Source: Aquabacterium sp.
Lineage (GTDB): Bacteria > Pseudomonadota > Gammaproteobacteria > Burkholderiales > Burkholderiaceae_C
NCBI GenBank assembly: GCA_029865965.1
Contig: JARXAJ010000182.1
Span: 12,844-76,843, forward strand
Reading direction: 5' to 3'
Length of the DNA: 64,000 nucleotides
A program made the position numbers and the translations under genes. Below the pieces are notes generated by a model. It made no database searches, had not been told where the DNA came from, and worked only from the letters and a program-made list of their open reading frames with translations. Numbering within the stretch: the stretch's first letter is position 1; each line of letters starts with the position of its first letter. Shown piece after piece: positions 49,926 through 60,200 of this stretch.

Positions 49926-50690
49926 TCAAATCGTCACGCCGCCGTCGATGACCAGGCTCTGCCCGGTCATGAACCGGCTGGCCGGCGCCGCCAGGTAGAC
50001 CGCGGCACCGGCAATTTCGTCGGGGTCGCCAATGCGGCGCAGCGGGGTCTCGGCATTGCGCGCCGCCAGCTGCTCCGGGTTGTCCCACAGCGCCTTGGCG
50101 AAGTCGGTCTTGATCAGGCCCGGTGCGATGCAGTTGACGCGGATGTTGTCGGGGCCCAGTTCACACGCCAGGTTGCGCGCCAGCTGCATGTCAGCGGCCT
50201 TGCTGATGCAGTAGGCGCCAATCACCGTCGACCCGCGCAGGCCGCCGATCGACGAGACGATGACGATGCTGCCGTCGCGCCGCGCCTGCATCTGCGGCGC
50301 CACCATCGTCACCAGCCAGTTGTTGGCGACGATATTGTTCTCCAGGATCTTGCGGAACTGCTCGTCGGCGATGCCGGCCATCGGCCCGTAGTAGGGGTTG
50401 CTGGCGGCGTTGCACACCAGGGTGTCGATGCGGCCCCAGGTGGCCAGGGTCTTGTCGACCAGGCCCTGCAGCGCTGCCTTGTTGCTGATGCTGGCGGCAT
50501 GCGCAATGGCTGTGCCGGCGCCATGGCGGTTGTTGATGACGGCAGCCACTTCGTCGCAGGCCTCCTGCTTGCGCGACGAGATGACGACCTTGGCGCCGTG
50601 CTCGGCCATGCGCTCGGCAATGGCACGGCCGATGCCGCGTGAAGAACCGGTGATCAAGGCCACCTGGCCTTGCAGATTGAACAGTTGCAT
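49926..50690 (-). CDS. SDR family oxidoreductase
   Basis: TGSSRGIG, YCISK, NCIAPG. Confidence 0.93.
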   Translation of the reverse strand: MQLFNLQGQVALITGSSRGIGRAIAERMAEHGAKVVISSRKQEACDEVAAVINNRHGAGTAIAHAASISNKAALQGLVDKTLATWGRIDTLVCNAASNPYYGPMAGIADEQFRKILENNIVANNWLVTMVAPQMQARRDGSIVIVSSIGGLRGSTVIGAYCISKAADMQLARNLACELGPDNIRVNCIAPGLIKTDFAKALWDNPEQLAARNAETPLRRIGDPDEIAGAAVYLAAPASRFMTGQSLVIDGGVTI

Positions 50691-50811
50691 GGGGATTCCT
50701 TTGGGTGGGGGCTAGGGTTTGCCACACCGATCTTTCCAAGGGATGCACGATTGCGCCATCGGTACTTACGGTATAACCGCAGGCCTTTCCATACCCAATC
50801 CCCAAAAAATC

Positions 50812-51720
50812 ATGACGTTAGATTTCACCGGCCGCGTGGCCATCGTCACTGGCGCCGGTGGCGGCCTGGGCCGCGCCCATGCGCTGGCTTTGGCCGCGCG
50901 CGGCGCCCGTGTGCTGGTCAATGACCTGGGGGGCACGACGGCCGGCAACGGCGGGTCGCCCACCGCCGCACAAGCGGTGGTTGACGAGATCGTGGCCGCT
51001 GGCGGCCAGGCACTGGCCAACGGTGCGTCGGTCACCGACCCGGCGGCGGTGGCCGCCATGGTGCAGCAGGCGGTCGATGCCTGGGGCCGGGTCGACATCC
51101 TGGTTAACAACGCCGGCATTCTGCGTGACAAGAGCTTTGCGAAGATGCCGCTGGAGGACTTCCGCGCCGTCATCGATGTGCACCTGATGGGCGCTGTGCA
51201 CTGCTGCCAGGCGGTGTGGCCGCACATGGTGGCGCAGAAGCACGGCCGCATCGTCATGACCACCTCGTCGTCCGGCCTGTTCGGCAACTTCGGCCAGGCC
51301 AACTATGGCGCCGCCAAGATGGTCCTGGTGGGCCTGATGCAGACGCTGTCGATCGAGGGTGCCAAGAGCGACATCCGCGTCAACTGCCTGGCGCCCACGG
51401 CTGCCACCCGCATGACCGAGGGCCTGCTGCCGCCGAATGTGCTGGCGGTGCTGACACCCGAAGCGGTGGTGCCGGCCATGCTGGTGCTGGTGTCGCAGGA
51501 CGCGCCCAACCGGGCCATTGCCTGCGCCGGTGCCGGCACCTTCGAGGCGGCGCACATCACGCTGACCTCGGGCATGCACCTGGGCAGCGCCCCCGACACC
51601 CCCGAGCAACTGGCCGCCGCCTGGGTCCAGGTGAACGACCGCACCGGCAGCCAGGTGCCCGGCAGCGGGGCCGCCCAGGGCGGCAACGAGGTGGCGCAGG
51701 CGCTGGCGGCCAAGCGCTGA
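50812..51720 (+). CDS. SDR family oxidoreductase (MFE-2/3-hydroxyacyl-CoA dehydrogenase-like)
   Basis: TGAGGGLG, VNDLG, NNAGILRD, GNFGQANYGAAK. Confidence 0.93.
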   Translation: MTLDFTGRVAIVTGAGGGLGRAHALALAARGARVLVNDLGGTTAGNGGSPTAAQAVVDEIVAAGGQALANGASVTDPAAVAAMVQQAVDAWGRVDILVNNAGILRDKSFAKMPLEDFRAVIDVHLMGAVHCCQAVWPHMVAQKHGRIVMTTSSSGLFGNFGQANYGAAKMVLVGLMQTLSIEGAKSDIRVNCLAPTAATRMTEGLLPPNVLAVLTPEAVVPAMLVLVSQDAPNRAIACAGAGTFEAAHITLTSGMHLGSAPDTPEQLAAAWVQVNDRTGSQVPGSGAAQGGNEVAQALAAKR

Positions 51721-51735
51721 CGCGCGCTGGCCGCC

Positions 51736-52683
51736 ATGACAGCCCACCGCCACCAGCCGTCCGACGTTCCGCCTCCGCTTGCACCCTTTGGCGGGCAAGT
51801 GCCGCCGGCGCCCGGCTGGTTCACCCAGGCCCTGGCCGACGCCCCCGAGCGCTCCGAGGTCAAGGTGCAGGGCGCGCCGATCGAGGTGCTGGCCTGGGGC
51901 CGGCAGGGTGACCCTGGGTTGTTGCTGCTGCACGGCAACGGCGCCCATGCCGACTGGTACAGCCACATCGCCCCGCTGGTGAAGACGGGGCGGCGGGTGG
52001 TGGCGCTCAGTTTCTCGGGCATGGGCGGGTCGGGCTGGCGCACCCAGTACAGCGTGGCGCAGTGGGCCGATGAGGCCCTGGCCGTGGCCGAGGCCACCAG
52101 CCTGTTCGATGCGGCGGTCGCGCCGGTGGTGGCCGCCCATTCCTTCGGCGGCTTCGTGCTGATGAACCTGGCGGGGCGCCACGGCCAGCGGCTGGGCCGG
52201 GCGGTGATCGTCGACACGCCGATGCGTCCGCCGGCACGGGCCGAGGCCCGGCACAGCCGGCCCGAGTTGCTGCGATCGGCCAAGGTGTATGCCAGCGAAG
52301 CCGACGCGCTGCAGCGCTTCCGCCTGTTGCCGCCGCAGGGCTGCGCCCACCCGCACATCGCCGACCTGATCGCCCGCCGCGGCCTGAAGCAGACCACCGG
52401 CCCGGACGGCCGCCCCGGTTGGGTGTGGCGTTTCGACCCCTTCCTGTTCCGCCACTTCGCCTTCGGCCGGCCGCTCAGGGAGTTGCGCGCCGCGTTATGC
52501 CCGGTCACCTTGGTGCGCGGCGGCCGGTCCCGCCTGGCGACGGCCGAGCTGATGCAGCTGGCACTGCAGCACGCGCCTGTGGGCACGGCCTTGTTGGAAG
52601 TGCCCGATGCCGACCACCATGTGATGGTCGATCAGCCGCTGGCATTTGCCGAACTGCTGGCTGGCCTGGTGCCCGGGGCATGA
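51736..52683 (+). CDS. Alpha/beta fold hydrolase
   Basis: LLHGNGAH, AHSFGG nucleophile elbow, ADHHV. Confidence 0.9.
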   Translation: MTAHRHQPSDVPPPLAPFGGQVPPAPGWFTQALADAPERSEVKVQGAPIEVLAWGRQGDPGLLLLHGNGAHADWYSHIAPLVKTGRRVVALSFSGMGGSGWRTQYSVAQWADEALAVAEATSLFDAAVAPVVAAHSFGGFVLMNLAGRHGQRLGRAVIVDTPMRPPARAEARHSRPELLRSAKVYASEADALQRFRLLPPQGCAHPHIADLIARRGLKQTTGPDGRPGWVWRFDPFLFRHFAFGRPLRELRAALCPVTLVRGGRSRLATAELMQLALQHAPVGTALLEVPDADHHVMVDQPLAFAELLAGLVPGA

Positions 52684-52684
52684 C

Positions 52685-54073
52685 ATGACCGGGCCGACCG
52701 AGCGCCGGGCCGCCCCCAAGCCGGCCCCCATGCGCGCCAGGGAATCGGCAGGCCAACCCGCCAGCCAAGGCGCTGACATGGGTAACAGCAGCACGCTGCG
52801 CTTTGCCGAGAAGCGCGAGCTGATCCTCGACGGTGCGGCGCAGCTGTTCAACCGGCGCGGCATCAAGGCCGGCACGCTGTCAGAAGTGGCGGCCAGCGTC
52901 GGCCTGGCCACCAACAGCCTGACTTACTATTACCGCAAGAAGGAAGACCTGGTCGTGGCCTGCCTGATGCGCAGCATCGGCGCGCTCGACGGCGTGATTG
53001 CCGATGTCGATGCCCGCATCCCGCCGGGCGACCTGGCCGGCCGGGTGCGCGCCCTGGTGCAGGGCTATGTGGCACTGCTGGCCGCTATCGAGGACCGTCT
53101 GCGGCCCGCCCTGATCTTTTTCGGCGACATGCGTGCGCTGCCCCAGCCGCAGGCCGAGCCTGCGTTTGCGGCCTATGTCGCGATGTTCCGCCGCCTGCGC
53201 GGGTTGCTGCATGCTGGCGAGGCCGGCGCCGGTGTGCCGCTGCCGCCGGTGCGCAGCGCCACACGCCAGGCCTTGAATGCACGCAGCCATGGCCTGTTGT
53301 CGCAGTTGTTGTGGGCCCGCGCCTGGCTGGGCCGGTACGAGACGGGCGACTATCCGCGGGTGGCGGCCACCATGGCCGGCCTGCTGCTGCACGGGCTGGC
53401 AGCACCTGGCCAGACCTGGCCACAGCAGCCACTGCCCGTGCCCGACCCCGCACCGGTCGACACCTCCAGCGCCGAGACCGACCCGGCGGTGCGGGACGCC
53501 TACCTGCGCACCGCCACCCGGTTGGTCAATGACCACGGCGTGGGCGGTGCGTCGGTCGAGCGCATCGCCGCCACGCTGGAACTGACCAAAGGCTCGTTCT
53601 ACCACCACCACGACACCAAGCATGCCCTGATCGACGACTGCTTCGAGCGCAGCTTTGCACTGATCCGGCGTGTGCAGTGGGCGGCGCTGGCGCAGGCCGA
53701 CCAGGGCGCCAGCAACGGCTGGCAGACCCTGCTGGCGGCCACCTTGCCATTGATGGCGCTGCAGACGTCGGCCCAGGGGCCGCTGCTGCGTCTGACCGCC
53801 TGGACCGAACTGCCCGGCGCCTTGCGCTGGCAGAAGCTGGGCACGATGAACCGGCTGGGTGAGCGTTTTGCGTCCATGGTGGTGGCCGGCCAGGCCGACG
53901 GCAGCATCCGCCTCGTCGACCCGGCGGTGGCAGCGCAGCTGATCACCGGCTTGATCAACGGCCTGGCCGAGGTGGAGCACTGGCTGCCTGGCGATGGCCC
54001 GCCCGACTTGCAACCGCTGCTGGCGCGCCCGCTGCTGATGGGCCTGCTGGCCCGGCCCCTGCCCAGAACTTGA
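52685..54073 (+). CDS. Tandem (double) TetR family regulator
   Basis: Two HTHs: LSEVAASVGLATNSLTYYYRKKEDL and VERIAATLELTKGSFYHHHDTK; start may be 52778. Confidence 0.88.
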   Translation: MTGPTERRAAPKPAPMRARESAGQPASQGADMGNSSTLRFAEKRELILDGAAQLFNRRGIKAGTLSEVAASVGLATNSLTYYYRKKEDLVVACLMRSIGALDGVIADVDARIPPGDLAGRVRALVQGYVALLAAIEDRLRPALIFFGDMRALPQPQAEPAFAAYVAMFRRLRGLLHAGEAGAGVPLPPVRSATRQALNARSHGLLSQLLWARAWLGRYETGDYPRVAATMAGLLLHGLAAPGQTWPQQPLPVPDPAPVDTSSAETDPAVRDAYLRTATRLVNDHGVGGASVERIAATLELTKGSFYHHHDTKHALIDDCFERSFALIRRVQWAALAQADQGASNGWQTLLAATLPLMALQTSAQGPLLRLTAWTELPGALRWQKLGTMNRLGERFASMVVAGQADGSIRLVDPAVAAQLITGLINGLAEVEHWLPGDGPPDLQPLLARPLLMGLLARPLPRT

Positions 54074-54281
54074 GGCCGGGTGGCGTGGAAAAGGCGCCAA
54101 AAACCCGCAGCATGTCGCGCAATTGAAAACTGTCTGAGAGAGAACTCCGCGCACGCCATCAAGAACTCCCCACTCGGCATATCATTTATGACGAGTCAAA
54201 CAGCACCCGGCACAGCGCACAGCACTGGCTGTGGCGGACAGCGCCGACACGGTGCATCGAGGGGCAGTCTTGGGAACAGGC

Positions 54282-57200
54282 ATGGATGCGGCGCACGCCG
54301 CAGTGGCGGCGACAGTGGGGCAGGGCGTGCACAAGGGTGCCTGGTTACGACGGGTCTGGCGCCGTGGTTCCGGCCTGATGCTGGGCCTGGCAGCCGCGCT
54401 GCTGCCCACACTGGCCCTGGCAGCCGACCCGCAGGTGGCGGCATTGGTCGACAACCCGGATCCGGTCGCCGCAGGCGGCACCTACACCTACACCGTGCGG
54501 GTCGACAACAACGCCGTCGACGCCGCCACCAACACCCGCCTGAACTTCAGCGTCCCCGGCGGCGCGGCCCTGGTGTCGGTCAGCCCGGCCAGCGCCAACT
54601 GCGTGGCGAGCAGCAGCACCACGGTGCGGTGCAACCTGGGCACCGTGGGCGCACTGGGCAGCGATGTGCGCACCATCGTGCTGACCTGGCGCGCCGTGGT
54701 GGCGGGGCCGTCGGTGATCAATGCCACGGCCACGGTCACCGCTGACAACGACGCGAACAACGCCAACAACACCCAGACCGACTCCACCACGGTGGTCGAG
54801 GGCGGCAATCTGGCCCTGACCAAGACCGGCACGCCCAGCCCGGTGCCGGGCGGTGGCGTCGTCACTTACACCCTGACTGCCAGCAACAGCGGCCCCAACG
54901 CTGGCGGCGCGATGGTCATCACCGACAACCTGCCGCCGTCGGTCAGCTTTCTGACAGCCACTGGCACCGGCTGGGCCTGCGGCCACAGCGCGGGTGTGGT
55001 CACCTGCAACCGGGCTGGCACGCTGGCCGTGGGCGCGTCGGCGCCACCCGTCACCATCACCGGCCGGGTCACGGCTGCCGGTGGCACCATCACCAACACC
55101 GCGTCGGTCGAGCCCGCCACCGGCGGGGTGCTCGACCCGGTGCCCAACAACAACGTGGCCACGGTCGACACGCCGGTCATCCCCGGTGCCGACGTGCGGA
55201 TTGCGCAGAAGTCCGTCACCTCCACGCAGCCGGCCACCGCCGGCAGCAACGTCAGCTTCCAGATCCAGCCGCGCAATGACGGGCCTTCAGCCGCGGTGAA
55301 TGCCGTCGTCACTGACACCCTGCCTGCCGGCTGGGGCTTCGTGTCGGCGGTGAGCACGGGCTGGGCCTGCGGCGCCACCGGCCAGGTGGTGACCTGCACC
55401 CGCGCCAGCTTGCCGCAGGGCAACACCGACAACATCACCGTGGTGGCCACCGCGCCCGCCACGGTGGCGCCGGGTGGCAGCACCTTCACCAACACCGCCA
55501 GCATCCGCAGCGACACCCCGGACGGCAACACCGGCAACAACAGCGGGTCGGTGAACGTGGCGGTGCGCCCCGACGGCGCCGACCTGCGCCTGTCCAAAAC
55601 CAAGACGCCCAACCCGGTGGCATTGGGGTCCGACATGGTGTCGACCATCACCGTGACCAACGGCGGCCCCCGTGTGGCCACTGGCCCGCTGCGGGTGGTG
55701 GAAGTGCTGTCCGGCGAAGCATTCGTCAGCGCCACCGGCAGCGGCTGGTCGTGTGCGCTGGTCAGCGCTGCGGTGGTGTGCGAGCACCCCAATGCCAGCA
55801 CCCTGGCAGTGAACGCACCGCTGCCGGCCTTGCGCATCACCACCACCGCCACGGTGGCGGGCGCGGCCCGCAACCAGGCCTGCACCGGCGGGTCGATCCC
55901 GGCTGGCGGCCCCGCGGGCCAGGCCAGCCCGCCTGCACAGGGCGATGCCAACCCGGGCAATGACTGCGCCACCGTCACGTCCACGTCCACCACCATCCGG
56001 CCCGACCTGGGCATCACCAAGACCACCAGCACCCCCACCGGTGGCGACAAGACGGTGAGCACCAGCGAGGCCAGCGTCACCTACAGGCTGGTGGTCAGCA
56101 ACCTCAGCCCGGGCAGCGATGGCGCCACCGGCGTGCGGTTCACCGACAGCGTGCCGGGATTCATCGCCGGACGCACCACCTTTGGCGCCTTCAACCCGGT
56201 GGTGACCGCCGGAAGCACCGCCATCTTCAACTGTGCGGCATCCGGCGCCACGGTCACCTGCAACCAGGCCGGCGGCGGCATCTTCGCGCCGGGTGAGACC
56301 GTGACCATGGACGTGGTGGTCAACCGGCCGCTGGCCGCAGGCAGCTTCGTCAACACAGCCACTGTCACCAACACCTTGGAGGGCGACCCCAACAGCGCCA
56401 ACAACACTGCGTCGGACACCGTGGTGATCGAACCGATTGCCGATGTCGAGATGACCGGCAAGACGGTCACGCCGGGCAGCGTGCGGGCGGGCGAGAACGT
56501 CACCTATGTGCTGTCCTACCGCAACAACGGGCCGTCGACAGCCCAGGGCGTGGTGGTGGCCGACGGCTTCAGCTTTGCGGCGGGCGACACCGGCTTCACC
56601 GTGGTGTCGATTGCCTCCAGCCGCTCCGGGTCGAGCTGCAGCATTGCTGCAGGCGCGCAGATCATGCCGGCCACGCCTGACTTCAGCTGCACCATCGGCA
56701 CCCTGGCGAATGGCGAGACCCAGAGTGTCACCGCCGTGTTGCGCCCCAACTTCCTGGCAGGCAACCCGGCACGCACGGTCGACAACACCGCCACCATCAC
56801 CACCACCAGCCGCGAGAACCCGGCCGGTGGCACCAACGGCAACAACGTCCGCACTGCCACGCTCACCATCAACCCGGCGCAGCTGAACTTGCTGACCAAC
56901 AAGAGCGATGCGGTCGACCCGGTGCCCTTCTACGTGGCGGGCGGAGGCCCGAATGGCGGCACCTTCATCAGCTACCAGGTTCGTGTCAGCAACACCGGCC
57001 CGTCGTATGGCACCGGCGTGCGTGTCAGCGAGGTGATGACGCCCCCGGCAGGCAAGCGGGTGCGCTTCGTCTGCGACACCACCACCTTGGGCGGCAGCAC
57101 CTGCAACAGCCCGCCGCTGTGCTCGGTGAGCGACCAGACCTCGGCCGCCGGCGTGGCGCTGCCGACCTTCACCTGCGCTGCCCCCGCCGGCAACGCCACC

Positions 57201-60200
57201 ACCGGCCTGGCCCGTGGTGACCTGGCCGCCAACCAGTCCAAGTCCATCTTCCTGCGCTTCGAGGCCATGGACCAGCCCGCGCCGCTCGGCGACGTGTTCC
57301 GCAATGTGGCCACGGTCAGCGCCAACGAGCCTGACAGCAACCCCACCAACGACGCCGCGAGCGAGCCCACCACCACCCGCCAGCGGGTCGACTTGCGCGT
57401 CAGCAAGAACGCCGGCGGCCTGACAGCAGTGGCCATCAACCAGCCCTTCAACTGGACGGTGGTTGCGGAGAACCGCGGCCCCGGCAACAGCCTGCAGACC
57501 GACCTGACCGACACCCTGCCGGCAGGCGCGCTGCTCACCGGCCCGGTGACGTTCACCCGCACATCGCCGGCGGGCGCGGGCACCTGCAGTGTCAGCGGCC
57601 AGACCATCAACTGCGGTCTGGGCCTGCTGAACGCGGGCGGCGTGGCCACCATCACCGTGCCGGTGCGCTTCACCAGCCTGCCGGGCGGCGGTGCGGCCAC
57701 CAACAGCGCCACGGTCGATGTCGACCCGGCCAAAACCGGTGGCATCGACACCCCCGGGGGCAACAACACCGGCACCCACACCATCAACGTGACGGCGCCC
57801 AGCCTGGCGGGCCTGGTGTTCCAGGACCGCGACCGTGCCAGCGCCAATGCCGGCACACCCCAGGCCGCCGGCGCCGAGCCGCGCCTGGCTGGCGTGGCCG
57901 TGCGCCTGACCGGCACCGATGCCTTCGGCAATGCCATCGACCGCAGCACCACCACGGCGGCCGACGGCAGCTACAGCTTCACCCAGCTGCCACCGTCCGA
58001 TGCCGCAGGCTACACCGTCAGCCAGACCCAACCGGCCGGCTTTGCCAACGGCCCGGCCTCACCGCCTGCAGCGGGCGGGGCTGCGCCGACTGCGGGCGGC
58101 AGCTACAGCGCTGGCGGCGGCATTGGCAACAGCAGTTTCAGCGGCGTCGTGCTCACCGCCAGCACCACTGCCACGCAATACAACTTCCCCGAGGTGCGGC
58201 AGCCGTCGCTGTCGGGCTTCGTCTACGTCGACAGCAACCGCAATGGCGTGCGTGATGCCGGCATTGACCTGGCCATCGCCAATGCCACGGTGCGGTTGCT
58301 GAACGCCGGCAACGGCGCGCTGCTGGCCACCGCCGCCACCGACAGCAGCGGCGCCTACAGCTTCACCGGGCTCGACCCCAGCGTGCTGTACACGCTGGAA
58401 GAGCCGCTGCCTGCCAGCCCAGCCAACCTGGCGAACGGCTCGGTGAACCCGGGCCTGGTCAACGGTGCCGCCTGCACCGGCGGCTGCACGGCCCAGGCCG
58501 ATGCACCTGCCGCCGGCACCGACCGCATCACCGGCATCGACCTGGGCGCTGGCATGGACGGCACGCAGTTCAACTTTGGTGAACGGCAGCTGGCCAGCAT
58601 CAGCGGCCTGGTCTATGTGGACGCTGACCGCAACAACACACTGGGCGGCGCCGACACCGGCCGCCTCGCCAATGTGGTGGTGCGCCTGGTGCAGGGCGCT
58701 GATTGCGCCAGCGGCACCACGCTGCAGGCCACTGCCACCGGCGCCGACGGCAGCTACCGCTTCGACAACGTGGTGGCCGGCCAAGGCTATTTGCTGTGCC
58801 AGACCCAGCCCGCTGGCTACGGCAACGGCAATGCCAATGGCACGGCGGGCAGCAACAGCATCGCCATCCCGCTGCTGGCAGCAGGCGGCTCGGCCGACAA
58901 CCGCTTCGGTGAACTGGCCGCGTCGCTGGCCGGCTCCGTCTACCAGGACAACGGCACCGGCGTGGCCGCCCAGGCCGACAACGGCGTCAAGGACGCCGGC
59001 GAGGTGGGCATCGCCAACGTGCCGATCACCGTCACCGGCACCGACGCGCTGGGCAATGCGGTGAACCGCAGCACCACCACAGATGCCGGCGGCAACTGGC
59101 GCATCGACGGCCTGCTGGCCGCCGATGGCAGCGGCTACACGGTGGTTGAAGGCAGCATTCCGCCCGCGTCGGGCAGCTTCGTCGACGGGCGCGAGACCGC
59201 CGGCTCCGCTGGCGGCAATGCCGCTGCGGTGAACGACCGCATCAGCGCGGTGGCCCTGGCCGCCGGCCAGCAGGCCGCCGGCTACCTGTTTGGTGAACTG
59301 GGCATCGCGCCGATCAGCGGCACGGTCTACATCGACCTGAACCGCAACAACGCGCTCGATGCGCTGCCCACCGACGGCCGCATCCCCGGCGTCACCCTGA
59401 ACCTGGTGCGCGGCACCGACTGCAGCGCGGCGCCGGTGGCCAGCACGGTCACCGACGCAGCGGGCAACTACAGCTTCAGCGGCGTTGCGGCGGGCCTCAG
59501 CCACACCATTTGTCAGGTGCAGCCCGCCGGCTTCCTGCAGGGTGCTGAAAACCCCGGCACCGGCAACACCAGCACCGCCAATGCCATCACCATCGGCAAC
59601 CTGCCGGTGGGCGGCTCGGCGGGCAACCACTTTGGCGAGATCGCCAGCAACAGCGTCATTGCCGGCCGGGTGTGGCTGGACACCGACAACGGCGGCACCG
59701 TCAATGGCAGCGAGGCCGGCATCGCCGGCGTGGTGATCACGCTGACCGGCACCGACACCGCCGGCAATGCGGTCAGGCGCACCACCATGACCGACAACAC
59801 CGGCAACTACCGCTTCGAGGCGCTGCCGCCCGGCACCTATGCCCTGGGCGAGCCCATCCAGCCTGCCGGCACCCTGGGCGGCCGCACCGTGGCTGGCAGC
59901 ACCGGTGGCACGGCCACGGCACCGGGCACTGCGCCCAGCGCCATCACCGGCATCACGCTGGGCTTGTCGCAGACATCGTCGGACAACAACTTCGGTGAAT
60001 TGCCGGCAGCGCTGGTGGCAGGCCGGGTCTATGCCGACAACAACGACAACGGCAGCATCGACGCCACCGAGACCGGCCTGCTTGGCGTGGTGGTCAATCT
60101 CATCGGCACCGACGACCTGGGCGCAGCCGTCACCCGAAGCGCCACCACCGGCGCCGATGGCAGCTACGCCTTCGACAACCTGCGCCCCGGCAGCTACAGC

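Noticed and set aside
54074-54281. c-di-GMP riboswitch or sigma54 promoter ahead of the giant protein
   Set aside because: No GEMM core seen; TGGCGTGGAAAAGGC has a poor -12 element
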